In this document: piece by piece, positions 1 through 10,923 of the stretch
Position numbering within the stretch: position 1 is the first letter of the stretch
Layout: the number at the start of each line of letters is the position of its first letter
Assembly (NCBI RefSeq): GCF_006345805.1
Contig: NC_043000.1
Coordinates: 112,158,001-112,222,000, forward strand
Direction: 5' to 3'
Source: Octopus sinensis
Lineage: Eukaryota
DNA: 64,000 nucleotides
Notes under the pieces: generated by a model
The model's database searches: none
What the model was told of the DNA's origin: nothing
Seen by the model: the letters and a program-made list of their open reading frames with translations, nothing else
Program-made: the position numbers and the translations under genes

Positions 1-565
1 TATATATAGATTCAGTGTTTAATAAAATGAAGTAGCATGAAACAATTGTACTACTCTACCTTGGATATCCTTGTTGCTTATTTTGAGTATATATGTATGT
101 GTATATATATGTATATACATACGATGGGCTTCTTTCAGTTTCCATCTACCAAATCCACGCACAAAGCTTTGGTCAGCCCGAGGCTATAGTAGAAGACACT
201 TGCCCAAGATGCCATGGAGTGGGACTGAACCTGGGACCATGTGGTTGGGAAGCAAGCTACTTAGCACGTTTATTTTTTTATTCTTTACTAAATTCACCCA
301 TTGAACTGTGATCATGCTGGAACATCCAACTTTGAAACTTCTGTCACGTTAACTCCAGTGCTTAGTTTACTCTTGTCCTTATTTTATCAATCTCTATTTA
401 ACAAATGGCTAAAGTCTACTTTTTGGCATAGTTTTCCATTCATATACGTACACAAAGACACACACTCTCAGATATCAATGTATGCATATATACCAGGACT
501 TTGACAAATCTGATTTGTTGGTTGATCAAACAATTGATTAGTTAACCAATTAATTAATAATCAGC

Positions 566-937
566 ACAAGGCCAGCAAGTTTGGGGGAGGGTGGTAGGTC
601 AATTACACCTCCCCAATGCTCAACTGGTACTTATTTTATCAACCCTGAAAGGCAAAGTTGACCTCAGTGGAATTTGAACTCAGAACATAGCGGCAGACGA
701 AATACCTATTTCTTTACTACCCACAACGGGCTAAACACAGAGAGGACAAACAAGGACAGACACACGGGTTAAGTCGATTATATCGACCGCAGTGCGTAAC
801 TGGTACTTAATTTATCGACCCCGAGAAGATGAAAGGCAAAGTCGACCTCGGCAGAATTTGAACTCAGAACGTAACGGCAGATGAAATATGGCTAAGCATT
901 TCACCCGGCATGCTAACGTTTCTGCCAGCTCGCCACC
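566..937 (-). mobile_element. SINE family A (OK/Meta-like core), two joined units
   Basis: Reverse complement of the core TTCTGAGTTCAAATTC(C/T)..GAGGTC(G/A)ACTTTGCCTTTCA..GGGGTCGAT, repeated many times in the window. Confidence 0.8.
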
Positions 938-2057
938 TTTTGGACAAAATACTCCTAAACATTTTGTCCAACATGATACCAATTCTGCCAGCCCACCACC
1001 ATAAAACCAATTGGCTAGTAATAATAAAGGAAGTGAAATAAAACCAGTGCATGTGTCATTGGCTTAATGACCCACCCAGAAGACAGGAAAATATCTGACA
1101 CACACCTGCACAATTTCAATCTACACTGGAAGCACTTCTACTGCAAAGCGGACTTCATTACTCTGCTGGAGCACCCCCTTTAGTTGAAGAGATCAACCCC
1201 AGGGCTTATTCTTTGTAAGCTTAGTACTTATTCTGTCGGTTTCTTTTGCTGAACTGCTAAGTTATGCAGACGTAAACACACCAATATCGGTTATCAAGCG
1301 ATGGTGGGAAGACAAACACATACACACACCAATATCATCATCATTGTTTAACGTCCGTTTTCCATGCTAGCATGGGTTGGACAGTTTGACCGGGATCTGG
1401 GAAGCCAGGAGGCTGCACCAGGCTCCAGTCTGATCTGGCAGAGTTTCTACAGCTGGATGCCCTTCCTAACACCAACCACTCCGTGAGTGTAGTGGGTGCT
1501 TTTTACGTGCCACCGGCACTGACATAATATACATGAAAGAAGCCCATCGTATATATATATATATATATACTGTACTGATATAACAATAAAATATTCTCCC
1601 ACACAGAAAAATAAGAGCAGATAAATAGCAAGTGATAGTAATAATAATATTGATTTCTACAATTTGTACAAGGCCTGAAATTTTGAAGGGAGCAGCTTGG
1701 TCAGTAGTGTTGATGCCATCCCTCTACTGGTCCTTTGTTGTATCTACTCCAGAAGGAAGGGCATCCAGCTGTAAAAATGATGCCAAAATAGACCTTGACT
1801 TGTGCTGGTGCCATGTAAAAAGCATCCAGTCCTCTCTGTAAAGTGGTTGGCGTTAGGAAAAGTGTCCAGCTGTAAAAACCATGCCAAAACAGAGTTTGCT
1901 GCAGTGGTCCAGCTTGCCAGCTCCTGTGAAACTGTCCAACCCCTGGCCTTCATAGAAGGAGGGCATTGATGGAATAAAGCACTGAGATCAATGGTATTGC
2001 CTAATTGCTTCTCTTCAAAATTGCTGGCATTGTGCCAAAATTAGAATTATCAATGTG

Positions 2058-2870
2058 GCAAGCTGACAGAATTGTCACCATGCCAAACTAAATACATAGC
2101 AGCATTTCTTCCAACTTCAGTTTCTGAGTTCAAATCCCACCAAAGCCAGCTTTGCCTTTCAGGGTCAATAAATTAAGTACCATTTGAGTAGGGGGGGGGG
2201 CGATGTAATTGACTTAACCCTTCCCCCCAAAATTTCAGGCATTGTGCCTATAATAGAAAGGATTATTATTATTATTATTTTTCTTGGGTATTGAGCTGGC
2301 AGAATTGTTAACATGCCAGGCAAAACGTTTAGTGGTATCTTGTCTGTTACTATGTTCTGAGTTCAAAGTCTGCCAAGGTCAACTTTGCCTTTCATCCTTT
2401 CAGTACCAGTTACGCCCTGGGGTCAATGTAATTGACTTAATCCCTTCACCCAAATTTCAGGCCTTATGCCTACCACAGGAAGGATTATTATTATTAAGGT
2501 GGCAAGCTGACAGAATCATTAGCGTGCTGGACGAAATGCGTAGCCGTATTTCGTCTGCTGCTACATTCCGAGTTCAAATTCCGCTGAGGTCAACTTTGCC
2601 TTTCATCCTTCCGGGGTCGATTAAATAAGTACCAGTTATGCACTGGGGTCGATATAATCGACTTAATCTGTTTGTCTGTCCTTGTTTGTCCTCTCTGTGT
2701 TTAGCCACTTATGGGTAGTAAAGAAATAGATATTTTGCCCATCGCTACGTTCTGAGTTCAAATTCCGCTGAGGTCGACTTTGCCTTTCATCCTTTCAGGG
2801 TTGATAAATTAAGTACCAGTGAAACATTGGGGTCAATATAATTGTCTAGTCCCCACCCCACAAATTTGAG
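2058..2870 (+). mobile_element. Head-to-tail chain of about four SINE family A units
   Basis: Four successive cores near 2123, 2356, 2567 and 2750; the first three units are separated by (TTA)n tails. Confidence 0.8.
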
Positions 2871-3283
2871 GCCTTGTGCCTCCAGTAGAAAGGATTATTA
2901 TTATTATTATTACAACGGTAGAATGGTGAAATCATTGGAATGTTAGACAATATGGCTTTCAGTTTTAGTTCCATGTCTTTGCGTTTTAAATTTGAATCCC
3001 ACCAAGGTTAACTTTAGCTGTTCCTCCTTCAGGGGTTGATAAAACAAAGAACCCAGTCAAGTGCTGGGATTGACCGTATCTGCTAATCCCTACGTTGGGC
3101 TTATTTATAATATTACTTGTTGTTTATCTTCAAATACTTCTTTATAGGATAAATATTTCGCTACTGATGTGTGAGTTTTGAGGTTAGCTGAGGTGTTGGA
3201 AGAGAAATAAATCTTAACATTGATTGCCTATTGACGTTCTGTAACGATTTATGCAGACTTCCACAAATCATAATCAGCAATAA

Positions 3284-3500
3284 CTACTACCACCACTCCT
3301 ACTACTACCACCATACTACTACCACCACAACCACCACTACCACCACCACTACTACTACTATTACTACTACCACCACCACCACTACTACCATCACCACCAC
3401 CACTACTACCACCACCATCACCACCACCACCAGCACTACTACTACCACCACCACCACTACTATTACCATCACCACCACTAACAACAAGAGTAACTACAAC
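3284..3500. repeat. Imperfect (CAC/TAC)n trinucleotide microsatellite
   Basis: Directly visible; explains the poly-Thr/Val/Gly ORFs. Confidence 0.95.
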
Positions 3501-4877
3501 CAAATAAATGACAATACCAACAAAGGGCCTTAAATGGTTGCTTGGTCCACTTGAAATTGTAACCAAATCTTCCTCAAATCTCATTTTAATTCCTTCCCAT
3601 CACCAGCAAGCAAATCCACAAATCATAGTGGTAGCAATAACGCTTGACCTCTGCTACAGCCCAGGGTCAATCTAAACCTAGTGAGCAGATATGGTAGATG
3701 GAAACTGAAAGAAGCCCCATCATGTGTGTCACACCGGGCGAAATGCTTTGCGGTATTTCGCCTGCCACTATGTTCTGAGTTCAAATTCCGCCGAGGTCAA
3801 CTTTGCCTTTCATTCTTTCGGTGTCGATTAAATAATTACCAGTTATGCACTGGGGTCGATGTAATCGACTTAATCCATTTGTCTGTCTTTGTTTGTCCTC
3901 TCTCTGTCTAGCCCCTTGTGGGTAGTAAAGAAATAGGTTTTATTTATTGAATTGGTTTTTATTAACTGAATTACCTTAAAGATGGGACGATTTGTGTGCT
4001 CGTACTTCAAGACAAAAATTTGCATGTCTCACAACAAATTACAACAAATTACTCGCACAATGGGACACTTGTACTGCGAGGTACTACTGTATTTGTGTAA
4101 GCAGGTCGGTGTGTGGGGGTCTGTTGTTCTGTCATTTTCCCCTGTCAACAGGTTGTCTGCTAGCCTTGTTACTTTGGAGGTATATGAAATAAGATATCCC
4201 TTAGTTGAAAGCAGGTAAAGGTTAGTGACAGGAAGAGCGTCCAACTGTTGCATGACACCCCAATAATCTATTCCTGTAACCCATGTTAGCATGGGAAAAA
4301 CAAATTGAACAAAAGATCTGAAAAGACGGGTTCGTCAAGGCTGGAAGTATTTTGATTCTAGGCCTGCTTGATCAGTACTAACCTTGGGTTAAATAATAAC
4401 AATCTCAAACTCTCCAATGCAGCGTACCATACACAACAGCCTTCCTTTATCCTTTGCCAATTAGTAAAACACCCCCACCCCCACTATATTTAATTAAATT
4501 CACCCACCCCATCGCCCCTCTCCTCTACATCTCTCCTTCTTCCTTTTGATTTCCCTGATTTCATTTAATACAAAATCACTTTATCATATTTCTGATTGAA
4601 AATTATATTTTTGCTAATGACGGAATTAGAAAAACAATTTGCAGTGAATTTTATTAATTTCATATTTCCTCCCCTAAAAGTGTTTTCATACAGATGTGTG
4701 TGTGTGTGTGTAGATGTGTGTATAGGTGTGTGCGGTCTCGTCAGTGCATTTCACTGCCTTTATATATTTTTCTACACACACACACTCATATATATATATA
4801 TATCATCATCATCATGGCGGTGCCTCAGCATGGCCACAGCTTGTTAGCTGAAACTAAATAAAAAAAATATTAAAAAT

Positions 4878-5215
4878 CATCATTGTTTAACGTCCGCTTT
4901 CCATGCTAGCATGGGTTGGACGATTGACTGAGGGCTGACGAATTAGATGGCTGCACCAGGCTTCAATCTTGATCTGGCAAAGTTCCTACAGCTGGATGCC
5001 CTTCCTAATGCCAACCACTCTGAGAGTGTAGTGGGTGCTTTTATGCGCCACCGGCACGGGGGCCAGTCAGGCAGTACTGGCAATGACCTCGCTCGAATCT
5101 TTTTACACATGCCACTGGCACAGGTACCCGGAAGGTGATTTTGGTAACGATCACACTTGAATGGTGCCCTTTTACATGCCACCGGCACGGAAGCCAGTTG
5201 GCTGCTCTGGCAACG
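4878..5215 (-). mobile_element. RTE-tailed SINE-like family B
   Basis: Reverse complement of GGTTGGCGTTAGGAAGGGCATCCAGCTGTAG...CCAACCCATGCTAGCATGGAAAGCGGACGTTAAACGATGATGA, shared by more than 10 copies (e.g. about 1338, 14875, 33705, 34868, 36208, 44452). Confidence 0.8.
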
Positions 5216-6131
5216 ATATATATGTGTGTGTATGTTTATACATGGTTTTGTAGATATATTACTGCCTTACACATATACGTGGTGGGGGTGGATTGAGCCA
5301 AAAAATCATTTGAGCAAAGGACAAAATGTCTTTTGCTATTCAGCTCCAAAGCTTTACATTTGGGGTTCAAATCCTGACATAGCCAACTTCACTTTTCTTT
5401 TCATTCTTGTGTGATGGTAGTGGTGGTGGGGGCAACAAATTATGTACCAGTGAAGTTCAGTGTGAGGGTAGTTGGTACAGGGGGGCAAAATTCAATCTAA
5501 TTAATTCAAATTAACCCTTCCCCCCACTCACTCAAATTCAAGACCTTGTGCCTATGTTTAAAATCTATATTTTCTATCTACATATGTAAGCGAAAGTTGT
5601 CTGGAAGTGTTTCCAAATTATTTAGTGGGGGAGGAGGGGATAAAATGATTTATTAAAGACCTGACTGTACCATTTGATGAGGAATAAATTATGCGTTAAA
5701 GACTTGGTAATACTTTTGATGAGGAATAAATGATCTATTAAAGACATGGTAATTCCATTGATCAGGTTGGATTGGCATCAAAACGGTACTTCTGATTACT
5801 TCACGCAACCAAATTCTCCTCTTTCTCTCTCTCTCTCTCTCTCTATCATCATCATCGTCAGATACTGCCAATGCTACTCTTTATTCTTTCTCTTACTATT
5901 GCTGTCACTCTTATTTCCTCATCCAACATCTTTTATTCCTAATTGCCCGCCTGTTTGTCTGTCTGTCTGTCTTTCCATCTGTCTGTTAGTCTAACTTGGC
6001 TCTCATCATTCTTCACTTGTATCTACTCTTAACTAACAAACCTGTTTCTGTTCCCTTGTTGGCATTGCTTCTAATTAACCACTCTAAGGGACTCACACAC
6101 ACACACACAAGTGGGGGCATACACATGTGCA

Positions 6132-6168
<37 letters not shown>

Positions 6169-6519
6169 ACACATACATGAACTCAAGTTGATTTATTGTA
6201 GGTTGTCTGTTTATTATTGTTTTATACCCATTTAAAAGTGCAGATCCCCCCTCCACACGCACACAGTCTGTGGAGGAAGGATCTGTCTGGTCTGATTGGT
6301 TGGAATTGGGGTTTGTCGAATATGTTGTCAATTGGCTCCTGGATGGATTGGAGAGATGGAACTGATTGGCTGGGCTGGGTTTATATACAAATGGACAGAA
6401 TGTCTATCTTTATACATTTACATGGTTTTAATTAGACTTAAGAATTAAATTTCATTTTTGGAATTCTATATTGGAAGTGACTGAGAGACAGACAGACTGT
6501 TGTTAGAAATAAGTGCTAT

Positions 6520-6838
6520 ATGTGCCGGTGGCATGTAAAAAGTACCATTTGAGCGTGATCATTGCCAGTGCCGCTTGACTGGCTCCTGTGCCAGTGGTAC
6601 ATAAAAAGCACCATTTGAGCGTGGTCGATGCCAGTGCCACCTGACTGGCTCCCATGCCGGTGGCATGTAAAAGGGACCCACTACACTTGGAGTGATTGGC
6701 ATTAGGAAGGGCATCCAGCTGTAGAAACATTACCAGATTAGATTGGAGCCTGGTGCAGCCTTCTGGCTTGCCAGCATTCAGTTAATCCATCCAACCCATG
6801 CCAGCATGGAAAGCAGATGTTAAACAGCAATGATGATG
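6520..6838 (+). mobile_element. Family B copy
   Basis: Internal GTGCCGGTGGCA tandem units, GGAAGGGCATCCAGCTGTAG core, (TGA)n tail. Confidence 0.8.
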
Positions 6839-7711
6839 GTGTGTGGTACTGGACATGACCCCAACTCTTTCCCTATTCTACAACTTCTTTTATTTCTCTC
6901 CTCTTGTCCCTCTTCCTACAATGATTTTACTTTCTTCCTTGTCCCCCTTCATCTCATTACTGTCTTTCTCCTCTTACTATCTTCATCATTTAAAGTCTGT
7001 TGTTCATGCTGGCATGGGTTGGACAGTTTGACCAGGGCTGGAAGGCTGGATGAGACTCCTGTCTGATTTGGCATGGTTTTCTATGGCTGGCATAGGTACC
7101 ATTTGTGTGACGCCTGTATCTGTCACGACAGTGATTTTGATTGGCTTGATGGGTCTTCTCAGGCATGACATAATGCCAAAGGTCTCAGTCATTGCCTCCA
7201 TGAAGCCCAACACTCAAAGGGAACTCAGCCACTTTGCGTCCATGAAGCCTGACCATTAATTTACTTTCAGCTCTCAGCTTCTCTAGAAAGATGAAGTCAG
7301 TGAAAGAAAGAGGTGAGGGTCTGTGATCATAACAGTTACCAAATGAACTGGTCAAAACATATCTAGTTCATAGGTACTTAAGATGAACTTGTGAAAAGAC
7401 ATCTAAATATTAAAGACACAACACTGAAGACAGATCTGGGGCCATGAGCACACTAGATGAATTTTTGAAGACATCTGGAACCAGAGGCACATCAGATGTG
7501 CTGGTGATAACTTGTATAGGAATCACGGGCACATGAGTGATAGGGGCCATTAGATGTCCCTGATGAACCAATGAAGGCACATCTGGGGCTATAGGTGATG
7601 ACATTTTGAATAAATACAAACAAGATGAATTGGCTAAAACTAAGGATTGGTTGGTTTGAAGTATTTGAGTTCTACTTCCACTGGATCAGACTTTTCCTTT
7701 TGTCTCTGTAG

Positions 7712-7808
7712 GGTTGAGAAGACCAATAGCAATAATACACCAGGTCAATTCAGTCCATTATAGGACTCCTACAAAAATTGATGGTCCATCTCCTCCAAAG
7801 AAATACAT
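7712..7808 (+). CDS. Candidate upstream exon ending ...TKIDGPSPPKKY (uncertain)
   Basis: Strong acceptor (cttttccttttgtctctgtag) and an open frame ending in KKY, which would fit before (R)TSLPKPM. The required phase-2 donor reads AT|GCTAAA, which is non-canonical. Confidence 0.3.
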
Positions 7809-8105
7809 GCTAAACTTGTAGAATTGGTAAAATATTGAACCAAATCCTCTCTAAATCCTTAATCTTATCTTCATCTCTAAGTTCTCAGCCCAAAATATAT
7901 AGCATCAGCTTTCCTTTTCATTTTGTGAGGTTTACTTAAATAAGTACCAGTAATATATCATGGTCAAATTCAACCAACCTTCCAACAATAGCTCTCTTAT
8001 TTTATCCAGAGATTCCAATGTTATTTCCAGCTTCAGTTTTAACCTAAATAATTTTTTTGAAATCTCAACGCCAACCATTTTTAATAATCTTTCTTTTCCT
8101 TGCAG

Positions 8106-8181
8106 AACTAGTCTTCCAAAACCAATGTTCTCACGCAATGATTTCAGTATATGGAGCATACTTAAACAATGTATCGGAAAG
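8106..8181 (+). CDS. OSBPL1: OSBPL1/OSBPL2-like (ORP1/2) oxysterol-binding protein, coding exon (R)TSLPKPMFSRNDFSIWSILKQCIGK
   Basis: Pyrimidine tract + cag acceptor (8103-8105) and gtcagt donor (8182). The peptide closely matches my recollection of the ORP1 ORD N-terminus RTSLPSPMFSRNDFSIWSILRKCIG. Ends in phase 0 and joins the 42833 exon in frame. Confidence 0.93.
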
Positions 8182-9955
8182 GTCAGTGCCCTTTTGCTTT
8201 CTCTTTTTCATTTCAACTATTCTCTATTGCCATAGAATTTAATTTTCTTCTGTTAACAAACTTTCATCTGTTTGCCAAAAATATTCTTACCACTTTGCAA
8301 AGATTGCAAGAACATTATAAAAGTTTTTAGGAGTGTGGGGCATAAAAAAAGGTTGGGAACCACTGAACTAAACCCTTCAAGGCAGTACCCCAGCATGGCC
8401 ATATTCTGATTGAAACAAGTAAAAGACAGGGGTAACGTTTTCTCTCGTCAGATTTGATCTCATCACTTTGTGTATCATAAACCAGCTTAGACACTTTTTT
8501 ATAGGTTATTGTTGTTGTTGTTGTAGATGTCATTGCTTTTGTCATTGTTATTGTAAACGTCGGTGGCGTTGTTAAAAATCTATTTCCACCATAAACTTTC
8601 CTATTAAAACAACAATCAACTGGCCTTTTTGTAACCAAACCAGCTCCATTATTCCAGAAAATCAATTATTTGTCTTCGGTGAGCTTCTCTTGGAAACTTG
8701 GAAATATTCTTTTTTTCTTCTTTTTTTTTCTTTTTTTGTTATTGTCTTTTCTGTGTTCAATGGAAAAGGTTATCTTAAGTACTTTGTTCACCTCTCTCAC
8801 TCACACACACACGTTTCCGTGTCCCTACTCAAAGTTTTCTCTAAGCAATTAGCTGCAGTGTAACAAAGTATTTTGTAGTACTCTACCAACTGTCTCTTTA
8901 ATGTGTGTGCATACACATCGTAGCGGTTGTGTCTATTTATGTCTGGTCTGTGTAAGTAAGAACGGGAATCTGTCCCAAAATACTATTACTGTGCAAGGGG
9001 AGACTTGAGACATTCTCAATGATACTCTCTTAGTTTAATGTTCATTTCATCACCATCATTATCACAATCGTTATCATCATCATCACCACCATCATTATCA
9101 TCGTCATCACCACCATCATTATCATCATCACTGTCTCCATCACCATCTCCACCACTATCATCCAAATTGTTGATGTCACGCAGTAGAACTGAACCCAGAA
9201 TCGTGTGGCTGCAAAGCATGTCTCTTAATCACACAGCTGCTGTCTCTGGTACAGGAGGGAAACAGTATCACAGCCTGTCTGCTAATTGTTCATAAATTGA
9301 AATTACAGTAATTATAGGAAGACGGTCATTAGCGTTAATGAGATTTCCTGGCAGGAAATGCAAGGGAGAAAATCCCAAGCTTTAAATTGATTCAAAATCA
9401 AAAGGGGCCATACATGGAGAATTAATCAGATCTTTGGTTAATACTGTGATAACTTGAGGCAGGTTCTGGTGTTATAAAACCTCTTCAGGAAGCTTTATGC
9501 TGTGTCTTTACCAGATGTTAGAATGATTTTGAAAAGTACTCCCTCTGTCAGTTTCTTATGACCTTCATTAGTTCTTTTTCTATCATAAAGGTCCTCTGGG
9601 ACATTAAACAGGATCTTTTGATATGAGATTGCACCATACCAGGAAACTTTCAGCGTTTTACAGCAAAGGAGTGGTTCTTATTTGTCTACAAAAATGGTAA
9701 CTTAATCTGTCATTGAGATATTTGTGGTTTTTAAAATCTACTGTTTTTTGTGCAAATAAGAGTTTCTAAAGAACATTTGATTATCATTTAAAAACTACTC
9801 CATAGAAATTTACTTCTTCCAGTCTTTCCATTATATATATATATATGGGTATGTATGTGGGGGGTGTTTTTATAGTATATGTTTTCTATATGGTGTGAAT
9901 AATGTCTTTCACTATTGAATTCTTTAATAGAGGTTTTTCTCTAAATTATATATAC

Positions 9956-10003
<48 letters not shown>

Positions 10004-10384
10004 ACTGTAAATAAAATTAGAGTATGTGGTGTGCCATTAAATAATAAGTTAAAAAACACACAATAAATGCACAGACTTATGGAAAACCGACAGAGGAGGT
10101 GACCAAATCTTCATCAGTTATTGGCCAGAGGGTCAAACGCAATTTCACATTTGTTTGACCTTCTGGCTGATAACTGATGAAGATTTGGTGACCCTCTGTG
10201 TCTGTGTCTCGTTAATTTGTGTATTCATATTTATTTTAACTTATGTATAATATGCAGGCACATATACATCGTTGTCGTTGTCATTTCCCATCTGTTTTCC
10301 ATGCTAGCATGTGTTAGATGGCTTGACAGGAGCTAGCAAGTGAGAAGACCGTATCACGCTCTACTGTCATTTTTAGCATATATA

Positions 10385-10923
10385 CACGGGTGAGTCAAAA
10401 AGTAATGCCATTTTGTTTAGGACAGGTATAATTACCAACACAGGAACATGTATCATACATCAAAATGAAGCTGGTCCTCTGTAGGTTACATCCCTACTTC
10501 TCAACATAGTCACCGTTTCTCTCAATAGCAATGTTCCGCCTTTGAATGAGAGCGTGTATCCCTGTGCCATAAAATTCTGTTGACTGTTCTTTGAGCCACT
10601 TCTTCACTACAATTTTCACTTCCTCGTCACTGGAATAATGTTTGCCTCTCAAACCTTCTTTCATGGGGCTGAAGAGATGATAGTCTGAAGGCACTAAATT
10701 ATTCCAGTGATGAGGAAGTGAAAGCTGTAGTGAAGAACAGTCAACAGAATTTTATGGCGCTGGGATACATGCTCTCATTTGAAGGTGGAACATTGCTATT
10801 GAGAGAAATGGTGGCTATGTGATCCACAGAGGACCAGCTTCATTTTGATGTATGATACATATTCCTGTGTTGGTAATTAAACCTGTCCTACACAAAATGG
10901 CATTACTTTTTGACTCACCCTCG
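10385..10923. mobile_element. Fold-back mariner (Tc1/mariner) derivative
   Basis: TIR (C(A/G)(C/A)GGGTGAGTCAAAAAGTAATGCC) at both ends, with TA on the left. The minus-strand ORF 10494-10694 is a mariner transposase C-terminus (PSDYHLFSPMKEGLRGKHY...GIHAL..R...IERNGDYVEK). Both arms are 3' ends. Confidence 0.9.

Noticed and set aside
3231-3584. Poly-Thr/Val/Gly ORFs (also 9016-9295, 22244-22693, 32428-32763, 55539-56124)
   Set aside because: They are translations of trinucleotide microsatellites, with no domain content or splice support.
7287-7312. Possible 26-nt micro-exon (KDEVSERK-R) with AG/GT ends in the right phase
   Set aside because: No homology support; such short AG..GT matches arise by chance.
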